A DNA stretch of 36,573 bases, from positions 1 to 36,573 of the forward strand of contig CBESNZ010000001.1 in NCBI GenBank assembly GCA_965531045.1. Direction: 5' to 3'. The position numbers were made by a program, and so were the translations under genes. A model generated the notes under the pieces. That model saw nothing but the letters and a program-made list of their open reading frames with translations. It was not told the DNA's origin and did not search any database. Below are positions 15,509-23,807 of this stretch, piece by piece. Position 1 is the first letter of the stretch. Each line of letters opens with the position of its first letter. This DNA is from an uncultured Acidimicrobiales bacterium. Lineage in GTDB: Bacteria; Actinomycetota; Acidimicrobiia; Acidimicrobiales; SHLQ01.

Positions 15509-15553
15509 CTCTTCATCGTCCTGGCACCTCGGCCCGAGCCGCAATAACGATGG

Positions 15554-16627
<1,074 letters not shown>

Positions 16628-16687
16628 TGTGGATGCTCCAGTGTGTTCGTTGTTCGGGGTTGGGTAATGCTTTGGTTACTGGGACGC

Positions 16688-16709
16688 ACACTACGGATGA
16701 GGTACGACA
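16688..16709 (-). promoter_or_regulatory. Proximal recA promoter resembling the actinobacterial RecA-NDp (LexA-independent, PafBC-associated) motif TGTCR-N3-N8-TAnnnT
   Basis: The minus strand reads cTGTCGtac-ctcatccg-TAGTGT. TGTCG is at 16709-16705, followed by 3+8 nt, and TAGTGT is at 16693-16688. A second TGTCGTA copy lies 27 nt upstream. Confidence 0.45.
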
Positions 16710-16732
16710 GTCTCGCCTGGGCGAATTACGAC

Positions 16733-16762
16733 AGCGTAATTGCGAACAGGCGTTCGATGCAA
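16733..16762 (-). promoter_or_regulatory. Distal recA promoter with the SOS box in its spacer: TTGCAT-N18-TACGCT, box CGAAC-gcct-GTTCG (16743-16756)
   Basis: The minus strand reads TTGCATcgaacgcctgttcgcaatTACGCT. The LexA operator (11/12 to TCGAAC-N4-GTTCGA) fills the -35/-10 spacer. Confidence 0.65.
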
Positions 16763-16810
16763 GCCTTTCCGAGAGATACCATAGTTTTCTTGGGTTCTCG
16801 GCCCCTCGAT

Positions 16811-16824
16811 CGAACGGGCGTTCG
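16811..16824. promoter_or_regulatory. Second SOS box in the recA / small-membrane-protein divergent region: tCGAAC-gggc-GTTCGt
   Basis: Read directly; 11/12 to TCGAAC-N4-GTTCGA. It lies 184 nt upstream of recA and 125 nt upstream of the plus-strand gene starting at 16949. Confidence 0.65.
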
Positions 16825-16948
16825 TGCTGGTCCGGCAAATCGATGGGGTATGCGTCGCCCGCGCGCGGCGAACCCGTAAGCTGTGATTTCTGCGGGCGGA
16901 GCCGCGACCGAACGAACCAGGTTTTCCTGGGTTCGTTAGGAGGCATCC

Positions 16949-17161
16949 GTGCCCAGAACTTGGATCTACTTTCTGCTCATTCTCTTCGTGGCGTATCTGA
17001 TCAGCCTCGATCCAACCGAAGCAGGCCAGACCGCCAACACCTTCTTCGGGTGGCTGGGCGACCTGGGCGGCAGCGCGCTCCAGTTCGTCGACTCGCTGGT
17101 GGAGGGTTCCGACCCCCAGCCGACGCCGCCGCAGCAACCCGCTGCCGTCGTCACGCAGTAG
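16949..17161 (+). CDS. Small membrane protein (70 aa), hypothetical
   Basis: AGGAGG (16938-16943) lies 5 nt before a GTG start. N-terminal TM segment WIYFLLILFVAYLISL and a Pro/Gln-rich tail. Its stop lies 11 nt before the next gene's ATG. Confidence 0.6.
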   Translation: MPRTWIYFLLILFVAYLISLDPTEAGQTANTFFGWLGDLGGSALQFVDSLVEGSDPQPTPPQQPAAVVTQ

Positions 17162-17172
17162 GAGCCGTAGGT

Positions 17173-17847
17173 ATGGCCACCGCAACGCATCATGCCCCGA
17201 GGAGATCGGCAACGATCGCACTGCTGCGTCCCCTCACCGATGCCGACGTACTCGTGCCCGGCGAGGTCTACTACTACAAGCATCGAGCCCATTGGGCTTC
17301 GCTCGGGCTGATGGCCATCGAGACCTTGTCGATCCTCTTCGTCGGAGGCCTGGTACTCACCGGCGCCGGCTTGAGTTCGAACCTCGGCTTCTTGTCGCTG
17401 CTGATCATCGCGGGCGTCACGCTGCACCGCATGCTCAGGGCCCACGCCTGGCGATGGACCGAATACGTCGGCCTCGGCCTGGCCGTCGTCACCGCCTTCT
17501 CGGCCCGACTCAGCCCACCCGGGATCGCGCTGCTCGTGATGGGCTGGGCGTTCACCCGTTTCGCCTTCGCGTTCTTGCGCTGGTCGAACTACTGCGTCCG
17601 CTACATCACCAATCGACGCATCATCGAGGTGAACGGCCTGTTCGGCTCACGGGTGTCGTCGATGCCGATCACCCGTCTGACCGACATCACCCTCGATCGA
17701 TCGATCGGCGGCGAAATCCTCGAGTACGGCACGCTCATCGTCGAGACCGCCGGCCAGGACCAAGCCCTCGGCACCATCGATTTCCTGCTCGAACCGGAAC
17801 GCTTCCACGAGCTCTCGGTGCGTCTCGCCACCAAAGCGGTGAAATAG
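17173..17847 (+). CDS. Membrane protein with C-terminal bacterial PH (bPH_2/YdbT-like) domain
   Basis: Several TM segments followed by YITNRRIIEVNGLFGSRVSSMPITRLTDITLDRSIGGEILEYGTLIVETAGQ, a typical bPH_2 motif. The ATG is preceded by AGGAG. Confidence 0.75.
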   Translation: MATATHHAPRRSATIALLRPLTDADVLVPGEVYYYKHRAHWASLGLMAIETLSILFVGGLVLTGAGLSSNLGFLSLLIIAGVTLHRMLRAHAWRWTEYVGLGLAVVTAFSARLSPPGIALLVMGWAFTRFAFAFLRWSNYCVRYITNRRIIEVNGLFGSRVSSMPITRLTDITLDRSIGGEILEYGTLIVETAGQDQALGTIDFLLEPERFHELSVRLATKAVK

Positions 17848-17852
17848 CGGCG

Positions 17853-18857
17853 TCACACCCGCTGGGTGCGCTCGACTTGTGCGTTGAGCAAGGCCACGCC
17901 GGTTTCCGGGTCGTCGACGGTCACGACGAACACCTTGCCGTCGTTGAGGTCGAGTCGAATTCCCGGCCCGGCCCGGTGCACGACCGCGGCCCGACGCATC
18001 ACCTTGAGACTGCCCCGATAGCCCCAGCCACCCCATTGCATCGGTCGGACGTCGATGACCGACGCGGTTTCGATGAGGTCGACCGCCACGAGCGTGTTCG
18101 GCCAGGGAAGTCGGCCGTACTTCACCCGCAGACCGTTGCGATCGACCCGGACGTGGAGCGTCGCGAGCGCAACCAGCGGTACCGACGACACGAGCAGCGC
18201 GATACCGACCCACGGCGTCGTGGTCAGCAACAAGACGACGCCGAGCACCGATGCAGCGGCGCCGAGCAGGTGCAGCGGCGTACTGTGCACCGTGGTGGTC
18301 CACACGGCCTGCTCACCATCGGCCAGGCCCATGACGGGCGCGAGGCCATCGCCGTCGGCGTCCTCCTCGAGCACGGGCAATCGCGACCCGAACCACGCTC
18401 CCGCAACGCCGGCGGCCAGCGAACCGGCCACGACGACCAGGAGACTCCACCCGATGTTGGGAGCGTCGGTCCAGTCGTCGATACCTCGTTGCGAAATCGA
18501 TGTCGAGGCAAGAATGCCACCGCCCATCGCGGCGATGAACAGACCGAGGAAGCCGACGGTCGCTCCGACCCCACCAGGCAGCCGACCACCGCGCAGCGCC
18601 AAGCCGATGCTGAGCGCGAGGCCGATGCTCACCATGACGCCGGTGACGGTGAGGAAGGTGCCGACCGACATCGAGTCGTCGGGACGCCCGGCCGCATCGA
18701 AGTGGCTGGCGACGCGGTCGGGGAGCCTCGATCGGAGCAGCAGGAACGGAACGTAGGTCGCTGCGAGGACCACTCCTGGCAACCCGATGGCCAACCAGAA
18801 CCTGGCGGCTGCCGCGCGTCGGGCCGCAGCCTCTGGGGTGCGTGAGTGGTTGTTCAT
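17853..18857 (-). CDS. DUF1648-like membrane protein with C-terminal PH-like domain
   Basis: RLPDRVASHFDAAGRPDDSMS (DUF1648 signature), 5-6 TM segments, C-terminal soluble beta-rich domain. 4-nt overlap (ATGA) with the upstream GntR gene. Confidence 0.7.
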   Translation of the reverse strand: MNNHSRTPEAAARRAAAARFWLAIGLPGVVLAATYVPFLLLRSRLPDRVASHFDAAGRPDDSMSVGTFLTVTGVMVSIGLALSIGLALRGGRLPGGVGATVGFLGLFIAAMGGGILASTSISQRGIDDWTDAPNIGWSLLVVVAGSLAAGVAGAWFGSRLPVLEEDADGDGLAPVMGLADGEQAVWTTTVHSTPLHLLGAAASVLGVVLLLTTTPWVGIALLVSSVPLVALATLHVRVDRNGLRVKYGRLPWPNTLVAVDLIETASVIDVRPMQWGGWGYRGSLKVMRRAAVVHRAGPGIRLDLNDGKVFVVTVDDPETGVALLNAQVERTQRV

Positions 18858-19201
18858 AGCTGCGCCTCCACGGTGCGACGAATTTCTTGATCGGTCAGGC
18901 CGGCCTGACGGGCCTCGGCCACGAGTTCTCTCGCCCGGGCGACGAACTCCGCCTGTCGGGGGGCCTGGCCGGTGACGATCGTGCCCCTCCCCCGCCGCAC
19001 CTCGAGGAGGCCCTCGTCGCGCAGCGTCTTGAACGCCCGAAGCAGGGTGTGCACGTTGACGCCCAGGCTGTCGGCCAGGTCACGGGCCGGTGCCAGCTTC
19101 TGGCCCGGAACGAGGTCGCCCTCGGCAATCGCGTGTCGCAGTTGACCGGCGAGTTGATCGTGAATCGACTGCGACGACGAGGTGTCGACCTTGAGAAGCA
19201 T
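18854..19201 (-). CDS. GntR family transcriptional regulator, short YtrA-like subfamily
   Basis: SIHDQLAGQLRHAIAEGDLVPGQKLAPARDLADSLGVNVHTLLRAFKTLRDEGLLEVRRGRGTIV is a GntR winged HTH. At 115 aa it has only a short C-terminal helical extension. Confidence 0.9.
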   Translation of the reverse strand: MLLKVDTSSSQSIHDQLAGQLRHAIAEGDLVPGQKLAPARDLADSLGVNVHTLLRAFKTLRDEGLLEVRRGRGTIVTGQAPRQAEFVARARELVAEARQAGLTDQEIRRTVEAQL

Positions 19202-19235
19202 AGTTCTATTGTAACTAGAACTATATTGGAATCAA
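19200..19235 (-). promoter_or_regulatory. Promoter plus palindromic operator of the GntR gene; leaderless architecture
   Basis: The minus strand reads TTGATT(19235-19230)-16 nt-TACAAT(19213-19208)-agaact-ATG(19201). The inverted repeat ATAGTTCTA-ttgtaac-TAGAACTAT (19200-19224) spans the spacer, the -10 and the start codon. The whole 30-bp intergenic gap is AT-rich in a high-GC genome. Confidence 0.7.
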
Positions 19236-20029
19236 CCCAGCGGCTTCATGAACGACCAGAGGTGTCCGGCCAGGTCGGTTGCGCTGTACTCACGGTAGCC
19301 ATAGGGCTGATCGACGGGCTCATAGGCGACGTTGGCTCCTTGCTCGACGGCGAAGCGGTGATGGGCGTCCACGTCTTCCACCATCACCGCCATCGTTGCG
19401 CTGGCACCGCCCAGATTGGCGGGTGACTTCAGGTTGAATTCGGGCGACTCGAGGTGCAGCCAAAACTCGCCATCGCCAGCGTGAATCTCACCGTGTACAG
19501 CATTGCCATCGGGGTCCTTCGTCAGTTCACCCGGACTGAAACCGAACACCCGGATGAGGTAGTCGTAGGCCGCTTCGATGTCGTCATACACGAGGATCGC
19601 GATGCGGCGGGTGAGTGCGGTTTCCAACATGGTCATGTCCTCCAGGACATTCAGGAGGTCACGGGTTGTGTCCTCACGGGTTTCCAACGTTCCCACCAAC
19701 GACCCGAGCCGGCTGCGTAGGCGGCTCTCGGCGGCGAGCCGTTCGTCGACGACGCGGAGATGTTCGATCATGAGCGACCGCAGATCGGCCTGTCCCTCAG
19801 CGAGGGTCTCCCGAATCGACTCGAGCGGCAGTCCGAGCTGGCGCAACAGCGAGATCTTGTACAGCCGTTCGACCGCGTCCGGGCCGTACAGACGATGTCC
19901 GGCGTCGGTCCGCGCGGTCGGGGCGATGAGCCCGATCTCCTCGTAGTGCAAGGTGCGGATGGTCATACCGGTCGCGGTGGCGATGTCGCCGATCTTTCGG
20001 GCGTTCGGTCCGGGCTCGCTCGACGTCAT
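19232..20029 (-). CDS. MerR family transcriptional regulator fused to a C-terminal glyoxalase/VOC domain
   Basis: KIGDIATATGMTIRTLHYEEIGLIAPTARTDAGHRLYGPDAVERLYKISLLRQLG is a MerR HTH with a coiled coil. The C-terminal half (RIAILVYDDIEAAYDYLIRVFGF...HGEIHAGDGEFWLH...YREYSATDLAGHLWSF) looks like a VOC/glyoxalase fold. Confidence 0.8.
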   Translation of the reverse strand: MTSSEPGPNARKIGDIATATGMTIRTLHYEEIGLIAPTARTDAGHRLYGPDAVERLYKISLLRQLGLPLESIRETLAEGQADLRSLMIEHLRVVDERLAAESRLRSRLGSLVGTLETREDTTRDLLNVLEDMTMLETALTRRIAILVYDDIEAAYDYLIRVFGFSPGELTKDPDGNAVHGEIHAGDGEFWLHLESPEFNLKSPANLGGASATMAVMVEDVDAHHRFAVEQGANVAYEPVDQPYGYREYSATDLAGHLWSFMKPLG

Positions 20030-20155
20030 ACAAGCAAGGTACGACCTCACGTCACGTCAGTTGCAAGCACTTCTTCGTCATCGACGCTCGGGGAACTCGT
20101 CGACCGACAAAAGCGTTCCTAGAGTATGAGAAACCCCTTCGCCAAGGAGCGACGA

Positions 20156-20566
20156 ATGACGACCTCCGAATACACCGACGCCGAGCTGCGTGAGCGCCTC
20201 ACCACCGAGCAGTATCAAGTAACACAACACGCCGGAACCGAACGAGCCTTCACCGGCGAGTACTGGGACTGCCACGACGATGGCGTGTACCGCTGCGTGG
20301 TGTGTGACGAAGAGCTGTTCTCCAGCGACACCAAATTCGAGTCCGGCAGCGGCTGGCCCAGCTTCTTCGCAGCGATGGCCGACGACAAGGTACGGGTCGA
20401 GTCCGACGCCAGCATGGGCATGGTCCGCACCGAAGCACTCTGCGCCAAGTGCGGCGCCCACCTCGGCCACGTCTTCCCCGACGGACCCGCACCCACCGGC
20501 GACCGGTTCTGTATGAACTCGGCCTCGCTACGCCTCGATCGCGACGACGCGAGCGAAGAAGAGTAA
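20156..20566 (+). CDS. msrB: Peptide-methionine (R)-S-oxide reductase
   Basis: YRCVVCDEELFSSDTKFESGSGWPSFF...CAKCGAHLGHVF.DGP.PTG.RFCMNS shows both CxxC zinc motifs and the catalytic Cys. AAGGAG lies 6 nt before the ATG at 20156. Confidence 0.93.
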   Translation: MTTSEYTDAELRERLTTEQYQVTQHAGTERAFTGEYWDCHDDGVYRCVVCDEELFSSDTKFESGSGWPSFFAAMADDKVRVESDASMGMVRTEALCAKCGAHLGHVFPDGPAPTGDRFCMNSASLRLDRDDASEEE

Positions 20567-20583
20567 CGAACCCGTCGGCTCGA

Positions 20584-21828
20584 TCAGCGCGCGGCCAGAC
20601 GGCGACGCAGCTGGTCGAGCACAGTGATGGTGGTGAACTGGCGTATCCGGGGACGGTCGAACGGGAAGTAGAGCTCGCTCGACTCGACCTCACCCTCCAC
20701 CACCGTGGCCAGGAACACGGTGCCGACGCGCTTGCCTTCCTGCTCATCGGGACCGGCGACGCCGGTGACGGCCAGACCGCAGTCGGCGCCGAGCTTGTGG
20801 CACGCACCCAGCGCCATCGCCACCGCCGCTGCTTCGCTGACGACCGGGCCCTCGGGCACACCGAGCAGATCGAACTTCACGTCGCTGGCATACGACACGA
20901 TCCCGCCTTTGAATGCGGCGCTCGCCCCGGGCACATCGACAATGCGGCTGGCGATGAGGCCACCCGTCAGCGACTCGGCGACGGCCAGGGTCAGTCCGTG
21001 CTTCTTGAGGAGATCGAGGACGACCGACTCCATCGTGTCGTCGTCGGTACCGAACACGATCGGTCCGATGATGTCGCGCACCCGCACTTCTTCGTCGGCG
21101 ATGATCGCGTCGACTTCCGCCTCGGTGTCGGCCTTCGCGGTGATCCGGATCTTCAGGCCTTCGATGCCACTTGCCAAAAACGCGATGGTCGCCGAACCGG
21201 TCGCGTCGAGACGTTCGATCTCGGGGCCGAGCGTCTCCGCCAAGCCGCTTTCCGACGTCCCCCAGGTCCGCAGCACCCGCGAACGGATGACGGACAGGTC
21301 TCCGGCGCGCTTTCGGAGGTCGGGCAACACCGTGCCCTCGATCATCTGCATCATCTCCCACGGCACGCCAGGCACCGCATAGATCACCTTGTCGCCGTGC
21401 TCTCCCACCGGACACAACAGCCCCGGAGCAGTGCCCGGTTGTTCCTTGATCGGCAGGGCTCCGACCGGGAGCATCGCCTGTCGCATGTTGTTCTCGGGCA
21501 TGTCACGACCGCGGCCGCCGAACATCGCCCGGATCTTCTCGGCGATCGCGTCGTCGAGAACCAACTCGACCCCCATCACGTCCGCAATCACCTCGCGAGT
21601 GAGGTCGTCCTGCGTCGGGCCCAGACCACCGCACACGATGACGGCGTCACTGCGCTCGAGCGCCTGACGAAGGCACAGTGCGATTCGGTCGGGGTTGTCG
21701 CCCACCTTGGTTTGAAAGAACGAATCGATGCCGACCGTGGCGAGCTGCTCGCCGATCCACGACGAGTTCGTATCGACGATCTGCCCCAACAGCAGCTCGG
21801 TTCCGACGGCGATTACTTCACAGCGCAT
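20584..21828 (-). CDS. cinA: CinA family competence/damage-inducible protein (MoCF-binding domain plus nicotinamide-nucleotide amidase domain)
   Basis: MRCEVIAVGTELLLGQIVDTNSSWIGEQLA...VIVCGGLGPTQDDLTRE; C-terminal ...ESLTGGLIASRI...GG.V.Y....K...LGV. The start at 21828 is chosen within the longer ORF. Confidence 0.9.
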   Translation of the reverse strand: MRCEVIAVGTELLLGQIVDTNSSWIGEQLATVGIDSFFQTKVGDNPDRIALCLRQALERSDAVIVCGGLGPTQDDLTREVIADVMGVELVLDDAIAEKIRAMFGGRGRDMPENNMRQAMLPVGALPIKEQPGTAPGLLCPVGEHGDKVIYAVPGVPWEMMQMIEGTVLPDLRKRAGDLSVIRSRVLRTWGTSESGLAETLGPEIERLDATGSATIAFLASGIEGLKIRITAKADTEAEVDAIIADEEVRVRDIIGPIVFGTDDDTMESVVLDLLKKHGLTLAVAESLTGGLIASRIVDVPGASAAFKGGIVSYASDVKFDLLGVPEGPVVSEAAAVAMALGACHKLGADCGLAVTGVAGPDEQEGKRVGTVFLATVVEGEVESSELYFPFDRPRIRQFTTITVLDQLRRRLAAR

Positions 21829-21856
21829 GACGCGCAGCGTAGTCAACCGGAGCAGC

Positions 21857-22438
21857 TCAGGCGGGGCGCTGTCCTGCGGCCTGCGAGGCCAAGGCGTCGC
21901 TGACGTACAGCGCTCCCGTGTAGACCGTGAGGACGACCGCGACCCACAGCGTGCCCTGGACGAGCCAGCGGAGGTCGACGACGCCGGGGGTGACGGCCAC
22001 CAACAGCGCGATGCCTTGGATGAAGGTCTTCCACTTTGCCGAACGTCGGGCGGGTATCGAGACCCCACGGCCCGCCCAATACGAACGCCACAGGCTGATC
22101 CCCACCTCGCGAACCGCGATGATCGCCACGGGGATCCAGTGATAGTTGTCGACGATCACGAAGCAGGCCATCGAACCGAGCACGACCACCTTGTCGGCCA
22201 GCGGATCGAGGAACGCCCCCGCCCTGGTGCCACCTGACCTGGCGGCGAGCACACCATCGAGCTTGTCGGTGACGCCCATGATGAACCCGAGCATCGCGGC
22301 GGGCCAGGTGGCACCCAAGGTGTCGTCGGCCTGCAGGACGAGCCAGAACAGCACGGGGGACGCGGCGATGCGGGTGAGCGTGATCATGTTGGCGGCGTTG
22401 GTGACGAACGCCGACGTGTGATGGAGCACGGCGTTCAC
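21857..22438 (-). CDS. pgsA: CDP-diacylglycerol--glycerol-3-phosphate 3-phosphatidyltransferase
   Basis: CDP-alcohol phosphatidyltransferase motif DKLDGVLAAR...GAFLDPLADK; multi-TM. Confidence 0.88.
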   Translation of the reverse strand: MNAVLHHTSAFVTNAANMITLTRIAASPVLFWLVLQADDTLGATWPAAMLGFIMGVTDKLDGVLAARSGGTRAGAFLDPLADKVVVLGSMACFVIVDNYHWIPVAIIAVREVGISLWRSYWAGRGVSIPARRSAKWKTFIQGIALLVAVTPGVVDLRWLVQGTLWVAVVLTVYTGALYVSDALASQAAGQRPA

Positions 22439-22451
22439 GAGCGTCGGCCCG

Positions 22452-23753
22452 TCACGACGTGGCTCCGGGGCTCACCTCGGCGGTGAGGTCGGGTCCCAGC
22501 GCATCGACGACGGTCACGTCGACGAACGAACCCACGACAAGGTCGTCGGGGACCACGATGACGCCGTCGATCTCGGGCGCCTCTCGGTGACTGCGGGCAA
22601 TGCCTGGTTCGTCCACGAGAACTCTGACCTCACGACCGATCATTTCGTCACGTTTTGTTGCCGTGATCTGATCCTGGAGTTCGGTGAGCTCGGCGTGACG
22701 CTCCTGCATCAGTTCGGGGGCAACCACGCCGTCGAGGTCGTAGGCATAGGTGCCCTCCTCGGCGGAGTACGTGAAGAACCCGCACCAGTCGAGCTGCGCC
22801 TCTTGCACGAAGTCGAGCAGCGCGTCTTGATCGGCCTCGGTCTCGCCGGGATAGCCGACGATGAAGTTCGACCGGAACGCGGCCTCGGGTTGCCGAGCCC
22901 GAATATCGGCGATGCGGTCGAGGAACTTCGCGCCGTTTCCCCACCGCTTCATGCGTCGCATCAGTTGCGGCGAGACGTGTTGGAGCGAGAGATCGAAATA
23001 CGGCACCTGCGTGGCGCAGATCGCGTCGACGAGGCGGTCGTTGAGCTCGGACGGATACAGGTACAGGAGGCGCACCCAATCGACTCGTTCGCCAACCGCT
23101 TCGAACAGCGGAACAAGCGCCTTCTCGCCGACACCTTGGTCACGGCCGTACGAGGCGAGGTCTTGGGCGACGAGCACGATCTCTTTCGCCTGGAGCTGAT
23201 CGACCTCTTCGAGGAGGGACTCGATCGAACGTGAACGTTGCGGGCCACGGAAGCTCGGGATGGCGCAAAACCCACACGCTCGGTCGCAGCCCTCGGCGAT
23301 TTTGACGTAGGCCCACGGCCGCTCGGAAGCAGGGCGAGGCAAGTTCAGCAGATCAAACGACGGGAGTGGCTTGCCCGACCCGCGTGGTTTGCGCCCGAGT
23401 GTGACCGCAACCCCGAAGCCGGCAACGAGGTCGACCTCGGGCATCGCCTCGGCCACCGCGTCGCCTTCTCGCTCGGCGAGGCAGCCGGTGACCACCAACT
23501 CGGCGTCGGCGCGTTTGTGTTCGGCGTACGCAAGGATCGTGTCGACCGATTCGGCGCGTGCTTCCTCGACGAAGGCGCACGTGTTGACCACCACCAAGTC
23601 GGCCACATTCGCGCTGTCGGCCGGGGTGAGACCATCGGCGACCATCTTGCCGACCAGCTTGTCGGAGTCGACCTGATTCTTTGGGCATCCAAGCGTCTCG
23701 ACCCAAAACGTGCGGCGTTCACCGGCGGTCGTGTTCGTGGCGCCCTTGGACAT
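22452..23753 (-). CDS. rimO: Ribosomal protein S12 methylthiotransferase (radical SAM)
   Basis: FWVETLGCPKNQVDSD (UPF0004), CDRACGFCAIP (radical SAM), C-terminal TRAM. The rimO-pgsA-cinA order is the usual actinobacterial one. Confidence 0.88.
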   Translation of the reverse strand: MSKGATNTTAGERRTFWVETLGCPKNQVDSDKLVGKMVADGLTPADSANVADLVVVNTCAFVEEARAESVDTILAYAEHKRADAELVVTGCLAEREGDAVAEAMPEVDLVAGFGVAVTLGRKPRGSGKPLPSFDLLNLPRPASERPWAYVKIAEGCDRACGFCAIPSFRGPQRSRSIESLLEEVDQLQAKEIVLVAQDLASYGRDQGVGEKALVPLFEAVGERVDWVRLLYLYPSELNDRLVDAICATQVPYFDLSLQHVSPQLMRRMKRWGNGAKFLDRIADIRARQPEAAFRSNFIVGYPGETEADQDALLDFVQEAQLDWCGFFTYSAEEGTYAYDLDGVVAPELMQERHAELTELQDQITATKRDEMIGREVRVLVDEPGIARSHREAPEIDGVIVVPDDLVVGSFVDVTVVDALGPDLTAEVSPGATS

Positions 23754-23758
23754 TCCGA

Positions 23759-23792
23759 CCAGGGTACCGGAGCGACCCAGGGTACCGGAGCG
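23759..23792. repeat. Tandem direct repeat CCAGGGTACCGGAGCG x2 (period 18 bp) immediately upstream of rimO
   Basis: Read directly; copies at 23759-23774 and 23777-23792. It lies in the 54-bp gap between the PD40 lipoprotein stop and the rimO start. Confidence 0.85.
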
Positions 23793-23807
23793 GTGTTGAG
23801 CCAGCCG

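Noticed and set aside
16640-16660. GAAC-aac-GAAC direct half-site repeat just upstream of the recA start codon as an additional SOS box
   Set aside because: The half-sites are direct rather than inverted and the spacing is wrong for LexA. It is probably part of the 5'-UTR without operator function.
20030-20155. MerR-type operator in the merR-VOC / msrB intergenic region (for example TCGACG-N10-CGTCGA at about 20081-20105, and the tandem CACGT words at about 20048-20060)
   Set aside because: The arms are short and GC-rich, so they are expected by chance. There is no clear -35/-10 pair with the 19-20 bp spacer diagnostic of MerR promoters, so it is left uncalled.
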